From Klebsormidium nitens (lineage: Eukaryota; Plantae; Klebsormidiophyceae): a stretch of DNA of 64,000 nt. Shown here one piece after another: positions 51,944 to 62,731 of this stretch; position 1 is the stretch's first letter; each line of letters starts with the position of its first letter. The stretch covers positions 152,749 through 216,748 of the forward strand of contig DF237038.1 of assembly GCA_000708835.1 (NCBI GenBank), written 5' to 3'. The position numbers were made by a program, and so were the translations under genes. The notes beneath the pieces were generated by a model. It was not told where the DNA came from and searched no databases. It saw only the letters and a list, made by a program, of their open reading frames with translations.

Positions 51944-53559
51944 ATCTCAACCAAGTTTTCCTTCACGATTCCATTTCGCATCCGTCACATCCATCTCCCA
52001 TGTGCTCGCGAATAGGGATTATGGCCATCGGTTGGAATCTACGGATGCAACGGGGGCGGCCGCCGTCGCACGATTATGCATTCCCTCAAGACTGTCTCAT
52101 TGTGCTTCGCTGAATGCTTGCATTAGTACACGTGCATTTGTCGCAAGCTTGGAGGGAGTGACCTGGGAGTGCCCGTAAGACTAAGACCGGTGCGCCTTAC
52201 TTTGGGTACTTCTGATTCCAGCTAGACGGGCAAACCCGACTTTCAATCCTGAACCATTGATCAGTCAGCGGCCGCACACGTGCGGATGTATAACATGCGT
52301 CGTGCGTGGCTCGTCTCCCAATGGTACTTTAAACACAATTTTGGAGGACGATCGATGCACTTGAGTAGCTCCAGAATGGAGTCAAGCAAAGAGTTAGAAG
52401 TTGAAATTCGGGTTTGCCCGTCTGAAAAATGATAGGGCGCACAAGTCTTAGCTGATTGTTGTCCTAGCATGAGCTTGTTGCTCGCTATCAGGTATATTGA
52501 CGGCTTAGGGTTAACTAGAGTTCCTTAAGCGCGGCCCGATCAATTTATGCATGTCGAGACCACTGCAAGCCACATGACTGCATGTGAGGGGCGCATCGCG
52601 GTGCTGTTCTCTCACAAGAATAGCGCAGCATTGGAGCTTTGAGCATGGACGGATGAAGCCTCTCAGTGATCGAAGCGAGATTTGGGCAATGCATGTCCTT
52701 CTCGGACGTGACTGCCAGCCAGTTTCTAAGAAAGTATGGTGTGAATAAGTCACCTCCGCCATGTGGGATGCTAAGTTCAGTTTTCGAGCCTTGATATTAT
52801 GGATTCTCTGGTGAGACGGACGGCTACGATGCTGGGCACAGCACAAAGTTCGCGCAAGCTTGCTGCTTAGCTGGCGCGAGGGATCCACCGTGTGTGAGCA
52901 CTGAGATTCAGGAACGAATCGAAGCTTCTTCAAGAATCGATACGTCAGGAGCGTTCGTCACGCTGAAATAGTTTCGACGACGATGTTCAAAGACGAGGCC
53001 AGAATGCCCCTGCCGACTGGCTCTGAGTCTGAGCTTGAGAGCAGCCTGGGCCCAGGGGAAGGGGAGGCAACAAACTTTTACAATTCGGCTTCAGGTTGCA
53101 ACCCCAGGGCCAAAGCGTTTCCTCCTCCAACAATTCTCATGCCATTTTCATGGCCCTGGGACTCACAGTACGTTGATAGCTCGCTTATTGTAACGGCGTA
53201 AGTTGGCGCAACTGTCGGGTTCGACGTTGTCATGGGTCAGCACCAGTTCACCAACTAGACCAGCACATTGTACAAGGGTTTCTCCATCTTACCTGCCTCC
53301 TTGAACGGCGATCTCACATTCGCTTCTCTTCTGCGTTGCTTCTTTGGAGAGGTTTGAAGTTGTAGGCCCCTCCCAAAATTCCCTTTCTGCGAGACTCCTG
53401 ACGACCACATTTAAAGGACACCCATTTTGGGTCGCTGTAGGAGTGTAGAGCGGAAAGACAAAGCCTTAATTGAACACAATCTGGTTGCAGTAGAATGTAG
53501 AGAAAAGATTTCTGCAAAGGAACGTAAAGAGAAGGCAGTTTGTCACTGATGGTCGGGCG

Positions 53560-56500
53560 ATGGAGTCAAGTGCGGAGAACGCAACAGCCGTCCGTCTGAT
53601 TGCCGCCGCCGCAGCCTCGAGTGTTGCAACCGCTCTGGCTTGTTGGTTAAGTGGTCCCCTTGTGCAGATGCCAGGAAACTTCAGCATGACGCTCCTTCAA
53701 GGTGTGACTCACAACTTGTCTCTTCCCTTTCATGAGAAAGACAGTACTGCTGTGCCTGAATCGGAAGAGTCTATATACAATTGGCATTAGGTGTGGCATT
53801 ATTTTTAACAGAGCTTGAAGGATTCAGAGGCTTTTCTGGTTCTGAGCAATTGAGAATGGGCCACCACAGAGGGTTGCAAACAATTCTGAAAGGAGAATTG
53901 CTCAGTGGCTGTAGTAGATTACTGTTGTGGAAGCCTTATAGCCTCCTTACTGCTCTTCTTGGCATCGATGTTATATTTTACCCAGGACAGAAAGTGTAAC
54001 CTTGTTCACTTTTCTGAAGTGTTCTAAATTGACAAGAAACGAAATGCTTTTTTCAATGTCCGAAGAATGAAAAGAATCAATGAAATGAGTAAGCAATCAG
54101 CTGTCTCTCTGAATTGCTTTTCCCCAGGATATCAGTTTTTGATCGGTTATTCAGTATCATCTAGGTCGTAGCAGTGGGAAATGTACCAATGGGGCAAAAA
54201 GCCGATTGCAAAGCTGTAGCTTGTCATTAGAAAAGAAAGAAGCACACAAAATCACTTTAGTCAACAGTTCAACACATCCCGCAGGTCGGAAGGCCGTTCG
54301 CCCTCCCTCTGACGTGGTTGACCCGTTCTGGGCCCTGATCAGAAATGAAGCTCAGCAGATCATTGCTGACACGAGCGGCGGCAGCGCCGAGAGCGCGCTG
54401 ATGTCAGACTACGTCAGCGAGTCCATCGTGAAGTGGGCCACCATCGAGGAAGCCCTGGCCAATCACCTGGCGGAGAAACTAGGCACGGCGGTTTTGTCTG
54501 CGGCCAAGTGGCGGCCTGTGCTGACGCGAGCGCTGGCGGAGGGGAAGCACGCAAGCGGCCTGACACTGGGGGAGGTGGTGCAAAAGGATCTAGAGACGAT
54601 TCGGGTGAGGAACCTGACGTCACGGCACACCAGAAGTAGCGGACATTGAGCATTCAGGAAATTGCCCAGGCTGCAATCATATTCAATATCGGTGGGAGAA
54701 CTCTTCCCTTTGGAGGAGAGGTTGGAAATCGTCTTGCAGAGGTCAACTGGGTCCTTTTGCCAGGAAAGTCTTTGTCTTTGGGGAAGGGGCACCCAGGCTC
54801 AGGCTTGAGCCTCCCCTCCCCTCGCAAGTTAGCAAGAGCTTGTAGTGCGTTTGGTTGGATGTTTAGTTTTGCAGTGGATACTTTGCGTGGGAATAGATCT
54901 GACGAATGCCTATAAAATCGCCCAATATTCACTTGTGCAGCAGCCCATGCTTTGAGATTTCTTGACATGTTTACTGTGCCAGTTGAGGGGGAACCTAGAA
55001 AATGAATCGGCTCTCCAGTCGAAGTACTCACACTCTTAGAGCATCAAAGCTAAGCATCAAAGCTAAGACGAAATCAAACCTTCTTCGCCCAAGGCAATAC
55101 TTACATTGGAAGATTGGAGTCTGCAGATAGATCGTTGGCCCTTCTCCGACATTTCACAAGAGTTCTTGTTGAGAGGTGGCATGCTTCTTACTGCCCCCAA
55201 GAATAGAGATAGTGCGCAGCTATGAAACCATTATCCGCTGAAAGTTCATGTAATATCTTCCCCCCCCCCTTTAGGTTCGTCTCTATGTGCCCCAGCTTCG
55301 AGGCGGCCTTTTCTCCACCTTAAGGAGTTCGTTCCTTGGTTCAGCACTGGTTCTGCACGGTGCCAAGCTAAATCCTAAACCTTAAAAATCCACTGATCTC
55401 AGAAACTTATGCTCCAGGACCGTGACTGTGCCTCCCCCGCTTCGAGCTCGCCTGTGTCCATTCTATGGAGTAATCTCGGGGTCTGCAACGTGCCACCTAA
55501 TGAATATCAGAACGTATAAAACCACCGAGTCCCGAGATTTTCTTTAGGATCAGGACCCTGCCTGCCCCAGCTCTGTGCGCGCGTTCTTCCACTTCAAGGA
55601 GTTTGATATGGATTTGTGAGGTGTCGGGCTAACTTCCAAAACCACTGGAATCTTCAACTTTCGCTTCAGGACCGCGATCCCGCCTGCCCCAGCTTTGCGC
55701 ATGCCTTCTTTTCTGGTCAGCAAGGTGCCTGGCTAAACTCCAGAACTCTTAGAATCACTGACATCAGAGACTCTTGCTTCCAGGACTGCGACCCTGCCTG
55801 CTCCAGCTTTGGCCCCACTTCGAGGAGTCCATTTTCGCATCTACACGGCGCCAGGCTAAATCCTTACTTTCAGAAGCACTGTATTTAGAGAAGTCTAGAA
55901 TGCTGAAGAGGTTTGAAAGTACTGAGTTTAGTATTTTACGTTCCAGGACCGCCACCCCGCCTGCCCCAGGGCTTTGCGCATGCGTTCCTCCACCTCACCT
56001 GCATCCCCAGACTGCAAGGTGCCGGGCCAAATTCCAAACTTTTTGAAATCGATCAACTTCATCAGCTTTTGGCTCAAGGACCGCGACCCCGCCTGCCCCA
56101 GCTCTGCGCACGCGTTCCTCCACTTCAAGGAGTTCATTTTCGCGTCTACACGGCGCAAGGTCAAAACCACTGATTCAAAAAAAAGTTCAGAGAAGTCTGA
56201 ATGCCAAAGAAGTTTCGATTTTACTCATTCCAGTAATTCTCGCTCTAGGACCGCGACCCTGCCTGCCCCAGCTTTGCGCACGCGTTCCTCCACTTCAAGG
56301 GCTTCCTCGGGCTCCAAGCGCACCGCGCCAGCCACTGGCTCTGGACCGCCGACAACAAGAAGCCGCTCGCGTCGCTCATCCAAGCGCGCATTTCCGAGGC
56401 CTTTGCAATGGACATTCACCCGGCGGCGAGGATTGGTGTGGGAGTGTTGATCGACCATGCGACGGGGGTGGTGATCGGCGAGACGGCGGCGGTCGGGGAT

Positions 56501-59500
56501 GGGTGTACGTTGTTGCACGGGGTTACGCTAGGGGGCACCGGGAAGGAGACGGAAGACCGGCATCCAAAGCTGGGAAAGAACGTGAGTCTTGTTCTCCGTC
56601 AGCTCCACGGCGCGCCTGTTTGGCGTTCTGCATTGTGTCCACTATCAATTGCACGTGCTTCGGCCTTGCGATCGACACCGTCCGTAGGTGATGCCGTTCG
56701 TCGTCTTTGCATGCACTCCTTCCAACGTCTCGGGGATAGGAAGCTGGATTTGGCTCTCGACTCCGATTCCGGCAAGCTCAAACCTCGCACCTCTCCTTCG
56801 GCATCGCTGCAAGCGGCCGATACAAGCTTAGACTTGAGATCAGTCATAATCCTGAACCTGCAGCGATTCGTAACGCTCGACCCGAAACGATTCATAAGCC
56901 TTCCGTTAGAAAGAACCTGCAGCGATTCGTAATACCCGGCCCGAAACGCTTTATAACCCCGCACTTGAAACGATGTCAACCGACAAACGAGTCACAACCC
57001 TGCTCACAGGTGCTGGTAGGAGCGGGCGCGAGCATTTTGGGCAACGTCAAAATTGGCGAGGGCGCCAAAGTCGGGGCCGCGGCTCTGGTGCTCACAGACA
57101 TTCCTGCACATGCCACGGCCGTTGGGTCCCCCGCAAAGGTATGTGTTCAAATCCAGAGTTTTATGTTTCGGCTTTCAAGGCTGTTAATATCGTTGGCTTT
57201 GACTTTTTTATCCACGAAACTTTGGCCCTCGGGTGTTGCGCTCTGTCCCCTTATTTTTGTTCCTGAGTCGCCACGTGGATGCCAGGGTTTCTAGCGCCTC
57301 CGAGCTAATGTCCTGCTTAAGGAAGATATTGAGGGGACGGATTGTTCGTAGGCTTGTTTTTGCGTTCGCGAAGCGTTTGACAGCTCATTTTTGCCTTCTG
57401 CGATTCTTATACAGCTCGTGGTTTTACAAACCGGGATTACCTTCTTTTTATCGGTCGTGCTCTAGTGCGGAATTGCAAACCACTCCTGAGCAGATTCGGA
57501 TTTCTGAAACCCGTTCTTAGACAGAAGTTTGATTCTCTGCGTGCAAATTCGTCAAATAGATTCAGCTGGGTGGCTAGAGCACATAAGACCGGCAAAGTGG
57601 AAGCATTGCAAGCACCAGAGTGGACAGGCAATGCCCGCGGCGAATGGCCCTTGCGATTCGTAGACAGTGGGCTTCTCGGGTTGTGCGATCAAAAGAGCTT
57701 GCATCCCGTTTTGCGCCGCCCCTGCAAGTTGCCCGCTCTCACGTTGATCAGACTAGATGTGATAGAATGTTTAGCATTTACCACTTTCCGGTTGAACTAG
57801 CAAAGCTCCAAAAAAGATGAAACGCGTGACACATTGATGCACAGTTTCTTTCATCCGGCAACTGCAGGACGTGCTCCATAGACCAACGTTGAACCTCTGA
57901 TACTCGGGAATCCCTCGAACCATGAGTTATTAAAGTACCAACCTCTCTTGCGACAACTACAGGTGGTGGGGCGCAGCAAGGAGGACTCGCCCGCATCCAA
58001 GATGGAACTTGGAGGATTTTCTGCTTTTGCCCATCTGGAATCATAGAGACTTTGTTACTTTCCGATCCTTCACCAAAATGACGTGTCTCTTCCGCGGCAA
58101 TTACAGGTGGTGGGGCGCAGCAAGGAGGACTCGCCCGCGTCGAAGATGGACCAGATTTGCAAGAACGTGTACCTCTTCCCCAAGAAGGCCCACTGGTTCT
58201 GCCCCTTCCGCACGCTCGACGTCGCGCAGCGCGGCTTTCTCTCGCCGCAGGACGTGTTCGAGAAGCTTAAGCAGAAGAACATCGACGTCTCCATCTCCGA
58301 CGTCGTGGAGATCTTCTTCAAGCTGGTAAGCTCGTTCGTTCTGGAAGTGTTGTCTGTTTGGCTCTGAATGTTCTTCAATTCTTGAAGACACCGCTTGTTT
58401 TGAGAACGCAGACCAGGATTGCACAAGTAGAAGAGCATCGACGTCTCCATTTCCGACGTCGTCGAGATCTTCTTCAAGCTGGTGAGCAACTGTTTACTAC
58501 TGGAAGCGTCGTCTTTCTGCATTTTCACATCTTCTTTTATTGAAAGTAAGCAGAGTCTTATCAGCGCAGTCAAAAGAAATGCTCAAGCAGAAGAGCATCG
58601 ACGTCTCCATTTCCGACGTCGTGGAAATCTTTTTCAAGCTGGTACGCTCGTTTCTTTTGGAAGAGTTGTCTGTCTGGCTCTGGATGTTCTTCAACTCTCG
58701 AAAACACGGACTGACTTGAGGTTTCAGAACAAGGTCTGCGCATGTAACATCCTGATTTTGACTGTGAACATATCACGTGTATTTGTTCTGGACGTGTTGT
58801 CTGTCTGGCTTGTCGGGTCTTCTTTTCCTCCTGAAGTCAAGTAAGTGCTCTGAAGGCGAAGAACTGAAGCTGGCTCAAGCAGAAGGGCATTGAACGCTCC
58901 ATGTCCTTACGGTATTGGCACCTCCTTCAAGCTGGTGTGCTCCTTCTTTCTGGGTGCGTCGTCTTTCTGGCTCTTGGATGTTCTCTTTACCTCTTGAAGA
59001 CAAGCAGTGTTTCGAGAACGCAGACTAAATGTTATTCAACCAGGAGGGCATGGCGATTCCGTCTCCGGCGGTATTGAGATCCTTTCAAAGCTGGTGCGAA
59101 GCTGGTGCGCTCTTCATCGCTGAAAGTGTTGTCTCTCTGGCTTGTCGAAATCCTTCAACTCTTTGCAATCAAAAAGAGTTGCGAGAACTTCGAAGAAGAA
59201 AAGAATGCTCGAGCAGAAGAGCATCGACGTCTCCGTTTTCTACGTCTCTGAAGTGTTCTTCGACCGGGTGCGCTCGTTCGTTCTGGAAGCGTCGTCTTCT
59301 GGCTTGCCGGATCTTGTTTACCTCTTGAAAATCAGGAGAGTCTTATCAGCGCAGCTCAAGAACTGCTCATGCCGAAAAGTATCGACGTGTCCATCTCCGA
59401 CGTTGTCGAGATTCTCTTCAAGCCGGTGCGTTCTGTCTTTCTGGAAGTGCCGACCTTCTGGCTTGTTGGATCTTCTTTTTGTCCTACAAAACGAGCAGAA

Positions 59501-60067
59501 GAACGTCGACGTCATCAAAAGCTTCTTCACACTGGTGCGCGCCGACCAAAGTCGTCAAGGCCTTTTGCCACCTTTTCTCCTGTCTTTGAAGTGTCGATCT
59601 CTTGGCTAAGCTCTTGGTTCCGTTCAGTCCCTTCTTTCTTCTTGAAGTCCCCATCCCCATGCGCAACTCCACCTTAGACGAGCCTGAGACACGCGAACGG
59701 TGGTGCTCGTGCAGTGGGTGTTCAAGGACGGGAGACGAGATCTGGTTACTATCCTGCCCGGCCACGATCGGTCGTAAAAGCCCTTTCGAATTAGACGGTC
59801 AGATCTCTCTGCTTCCTCTCTGAGCAACTTGTTCCTAGTTGCGTTATGGGCGCTGTAGAGCCGCTTGTTGTCGCCCTCTTTGATCCGCTTTCCCTTGCTG
59901 TTCAAATGCAGGACACGGATCACAATGGTCAGATTACCGAACAGGAGTTCCAGCAAGGGTACGACCAGTTCCTGGGGACCCTCAAAAAGCACGGCAGCTT
60001 TAAAACGATAATTGCAAAGCTGGGCTGCGATGATTCAATTCCAGAGAACAAGCCAGTGCTTTTCTGA
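53560..60067 (+). CDS. SAT: Serine O-acetyltransferase (SAT/SERAT, CysE family) fused to a C-terminal EF-hand pair; ~415 aa
   Basis: join(53560-53650 [or 53701; exon 1 uncertain], 54285-54604, 56249-56581, 57010-57138, 58107-58325, 59912-60067), in frame. SATase_N helix region PFWALIRNEA...LANHLAEKL, then DRDPAC...FKGFLGLQAHR, DIHPAARIG.G..IDHATGVVIGETA, HGVTLGGTGK...RHPKLG, GAGASILGNVKIG, AVGSPAK. Then loops DVAQRGFLSPQD and DTDHNGQITEQE. Confidence 0.88.
55261..56248 (+). repeat. Array of 7 degenerate copies of the SAT exon 3 acceptor plus exon start
   Basis: AG|GACCGCGACCCTGCCTGCCCCAGCT... variants with AG at about 55273, 55416, 55546, 55668, 55782, 55945 and 56077. The true acceptor is 56247-56248. 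Confidence 0.9.
57950..59540 (+). repeat. Duplicates of both junctions of SAT exon 5: one acceptor copy and 7 donor copies
   Basis: Acceptor copy ctacag|GTGGTGGGGCGCAGCAAGGAGGACTCGCCCGC at ~57957-58000. Donor copies of GAAGAACATCGACGTCTCCATCTCCGACGTCGTGGAGATCTTCTTCAAGCTG|gt end at 58481, 58641, 58934, 59093, 59267, 59425 and 59534. Confidence 0.9.
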
Positions 60068-61167
60068 GTGTCCTTGCAAACAACGTGGTGGTGCAGCCAG
60101 GCACGGGGTTTGCACGGGGCATTGTACAATATAACAAGCGTATAAGCGCAGCGGATCGGCTGAACAAGGGCTCTGCTGATGGAAGAGTTGTCCTAAGAAA
60201 GGGCGTACTCTTAGACACGATAACAGACCACACTATACGAGACAAGCTTTGGTACCGTATGTATGTTAAGCAATTGAATGAACAGGGAAGACCGAGTCAA
60301 CCGGAGTCCGAAAGGTTACGCATCGGGTATTTTAGCTCCATCTAGCAGGTGCCGGTCAAGTCGGCGTTCCCTTGTGGCAGGCCTGTCGAGCTGGCCCTAC
60401 AGGGTTCAATCTCTACCAATAGTACGCACATATGTGCAGCCCGGCCCCACAGGACCAGGTAAACGGCGGTTGAGCACGTGTTTGAAGTGCGGGGTCGAGC
60501 CCGCACAGCGAATGGTATTCATTTCGAATGTATGTTCAGAAGTAAGCAACGTGATTCAGAAGAAGTGCGGAACCTTGCCCGCGCGCATAATTCTGGTCTT
60601 GATAAGTACTGGCATTGGCCGCTCACATGCAGCGACCTCGCGGACGATAATTGATCGAACACATGATGTCACTTTTCGTACTCGCCGTAGCCAATAGGCC
60701 ATAGGCGTCGATCATGGCACACATGCATGGCACACATGTTTGAGCGTTAGTCTTCTTGCGTCTGCTCAGATGTCAAACTACTGGTTAGACTATACGCAAT
60801 GATCTACAGTGGTTCTCAGATACACCGTACCAACACTCTAATCTTGTAGGCAACTCGATCAGGCTAATTACTTTAGCTCGGGTATAGGGACTAACTAGCC
60901 TGGAGATTTTAGTGGCGGAGCGGGTAGGGAGAAGCTGGCATAGGCGAGTCGTCAGTAGAGGCTTGGGCCGCTCGGAATGATCAAAATCAATCAAGAGCAT
61001 GAGTAGATATAGGGACCGTATAACGGTAAGAGCTGCACTAGCACATAGAATGTTAGTGGCAAGTTGGTATGTCCGACTGCAGCTAGCTGTTGCCGAGAGT
61101 CGGCCAAGTATTGATATACAGGCAACTTGAACATGTGGTACTGCTTCTATACTGCTTATTTCTCATA

Positions 61168-61359
61168 CCGTACCAGCGTATAATTTCGTCAACAAATAAA
61201 TAATTATTTGGCCTGACGAAAATTTCAGAAATATATTTCAGGCGGTAATGGATCGATAATGGTATGTTTTAGCAGGTAACGTTGGGTCTGCCGAACTCTT
61301 GGAACGTTTCATAATTAATTATCTGGCGTCGAACCTGACGAAATTAAACGCTGGTACGG
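61168..61359. mobile_element. 192-bp AT-rich MITE with 24-bp TIRs and a TA target duplication (Tc1/mariner-type)
   Basis: CCGTACCAGCGTATAATTTCGTCA (61168-61191) versus TGACGAAATTAAACGCTGGTACGG (61336-61359): inverted, 1 mismatch. TA at 61166-61167 and 61360-61361; the empty site would be the palindrome CATATG. Confidence 0.85.
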
Positions 61360-62731
61360 TATGTACGTACCCCGAATCATTCTACTAACGTGTGCAAAAT
61401 GTGGGCATGTCTCAAGATTGAACCTATTAGTATAGCGTGGTGTTGCTCAACAATGTCCAGAGAGACGGTTGCTCAAGGAAGCTTCTTTCTCCTGAATCCA
61501 ATCAAGCTTTGATAGACAAATACGATTTTAGTATCGAAATTGTACATCGATCTGAGCAGGCCCGGCGGTCCATCGCGATCCACGTGTCCCGTCAATGTCA
61601 TAAATGACAGTTCTCACCGTGTCCAAGTTCGTTTTCTATACAAGCTTCCAATTCAGTTTTTGGTAGTTACATGATAAGAATCTCATCAATTGGCAGCGAA
61701 CCATTTTATCTACAGCTCTCTAAAACCTCAATCTGGCTACTACGTTTCAGAACATATGTGCAAATTGGCAGCCATGGCAAATTGGCGCCTCTACACATAT
61801 ATACAGTGTGCGCAGGGCGTGGCTTAGCACGCTCTGCTTGGCATATAATCGCAGCTTTTCGAACTTGAAGTCTTCCTACGTAGTTGTTTCGATTCCAATC
61901 ATGCTTATGGGTATCCAAAATATGGCAACGACTCAAGGGCGCCATGCTGCCACAGTGCAGTTTATGTGCAGTTTATCACCCACGCTCACATAGTACATCT
62001 GATGTCAATCGTACAGGGCTTGGAAACCCCCTCAGGAGGACCGGACACACCTTGCCCTTCGCAACTTTCACAACCCTGAATGCGTGCTCTTGAATGCACA
62101 CATTGCTTGCTCGGGCGCAGCGTTGCGGTGTACCACCACCTCGGGCCCATATTCACACCACTTGCTCAAAGCATGGATCCATTGTGACATACTTGACTCC
62201 CTTCCGGGTGGTCAGCTTTCCAGCAAACAAACAGCAAGAACAGCACAAGTACACTCCTGTGTACTCGGCCCATTCTGACCGCTTTGCCGCTGCTCGACAG
62301 CTGTCGCAAGCCTCCGCCGGGTTTGCATCATTTGAGGATCACCCAAAGAGAAGCCCCGGTCCGTATATTGTCTTGAACAGATCACTTACAAGATCCACGT
62401 GCCCCTCCACCAATCGGCCGCCGCTCAGTGCGGAACCACCCGCTCCCCATGAAATCAACATTGTATAGTTGATGGCCATGGCTCTTCCGCGCTATTTCTA
62501 AGAAGCAAGCCGGTGAATCGGTGTTGGCTGGACGTTTCTGCACAAGGCACCAGCTAGTGACTTGCTATCTGAACTTCGTCATAATGGCAATCAACGTTTC
62601 CGTTTCAAATTGGTTGACTGCCCCTGCAAAGCAGTGCAGTTCACTAAAGGACCACCTGCCGCACGCGTCATACGACAGAGTAACCCCGTAGAGATTTGGT
62701 CGCCAATCTGCTGATGCAACTAGGGGCCCGC

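Noticed and set aside
52500-53520. ORFs of 67-140 aa upstream of SAT, with a few splice-like signals on the minus strand
   Set aside because: No coherent exon chain (it would need a ~38-nt intron) and no known motif.
55261-59540. Repeat-spacer appearance resembling a CRISPR array
   Set aside because: The DNA is eukaryotic, the repeats are degenerate copies of exon ends, the spacers are related to each other, and there are no cas genes.
19278-60067. GGH, NDOR1 and SAT as a folate/Fe-S/sulfur metabolic cluster
   Set aside because: They are spread over 40 kb with unrelated genes between them; there is no sequence evidence of co-regulation.
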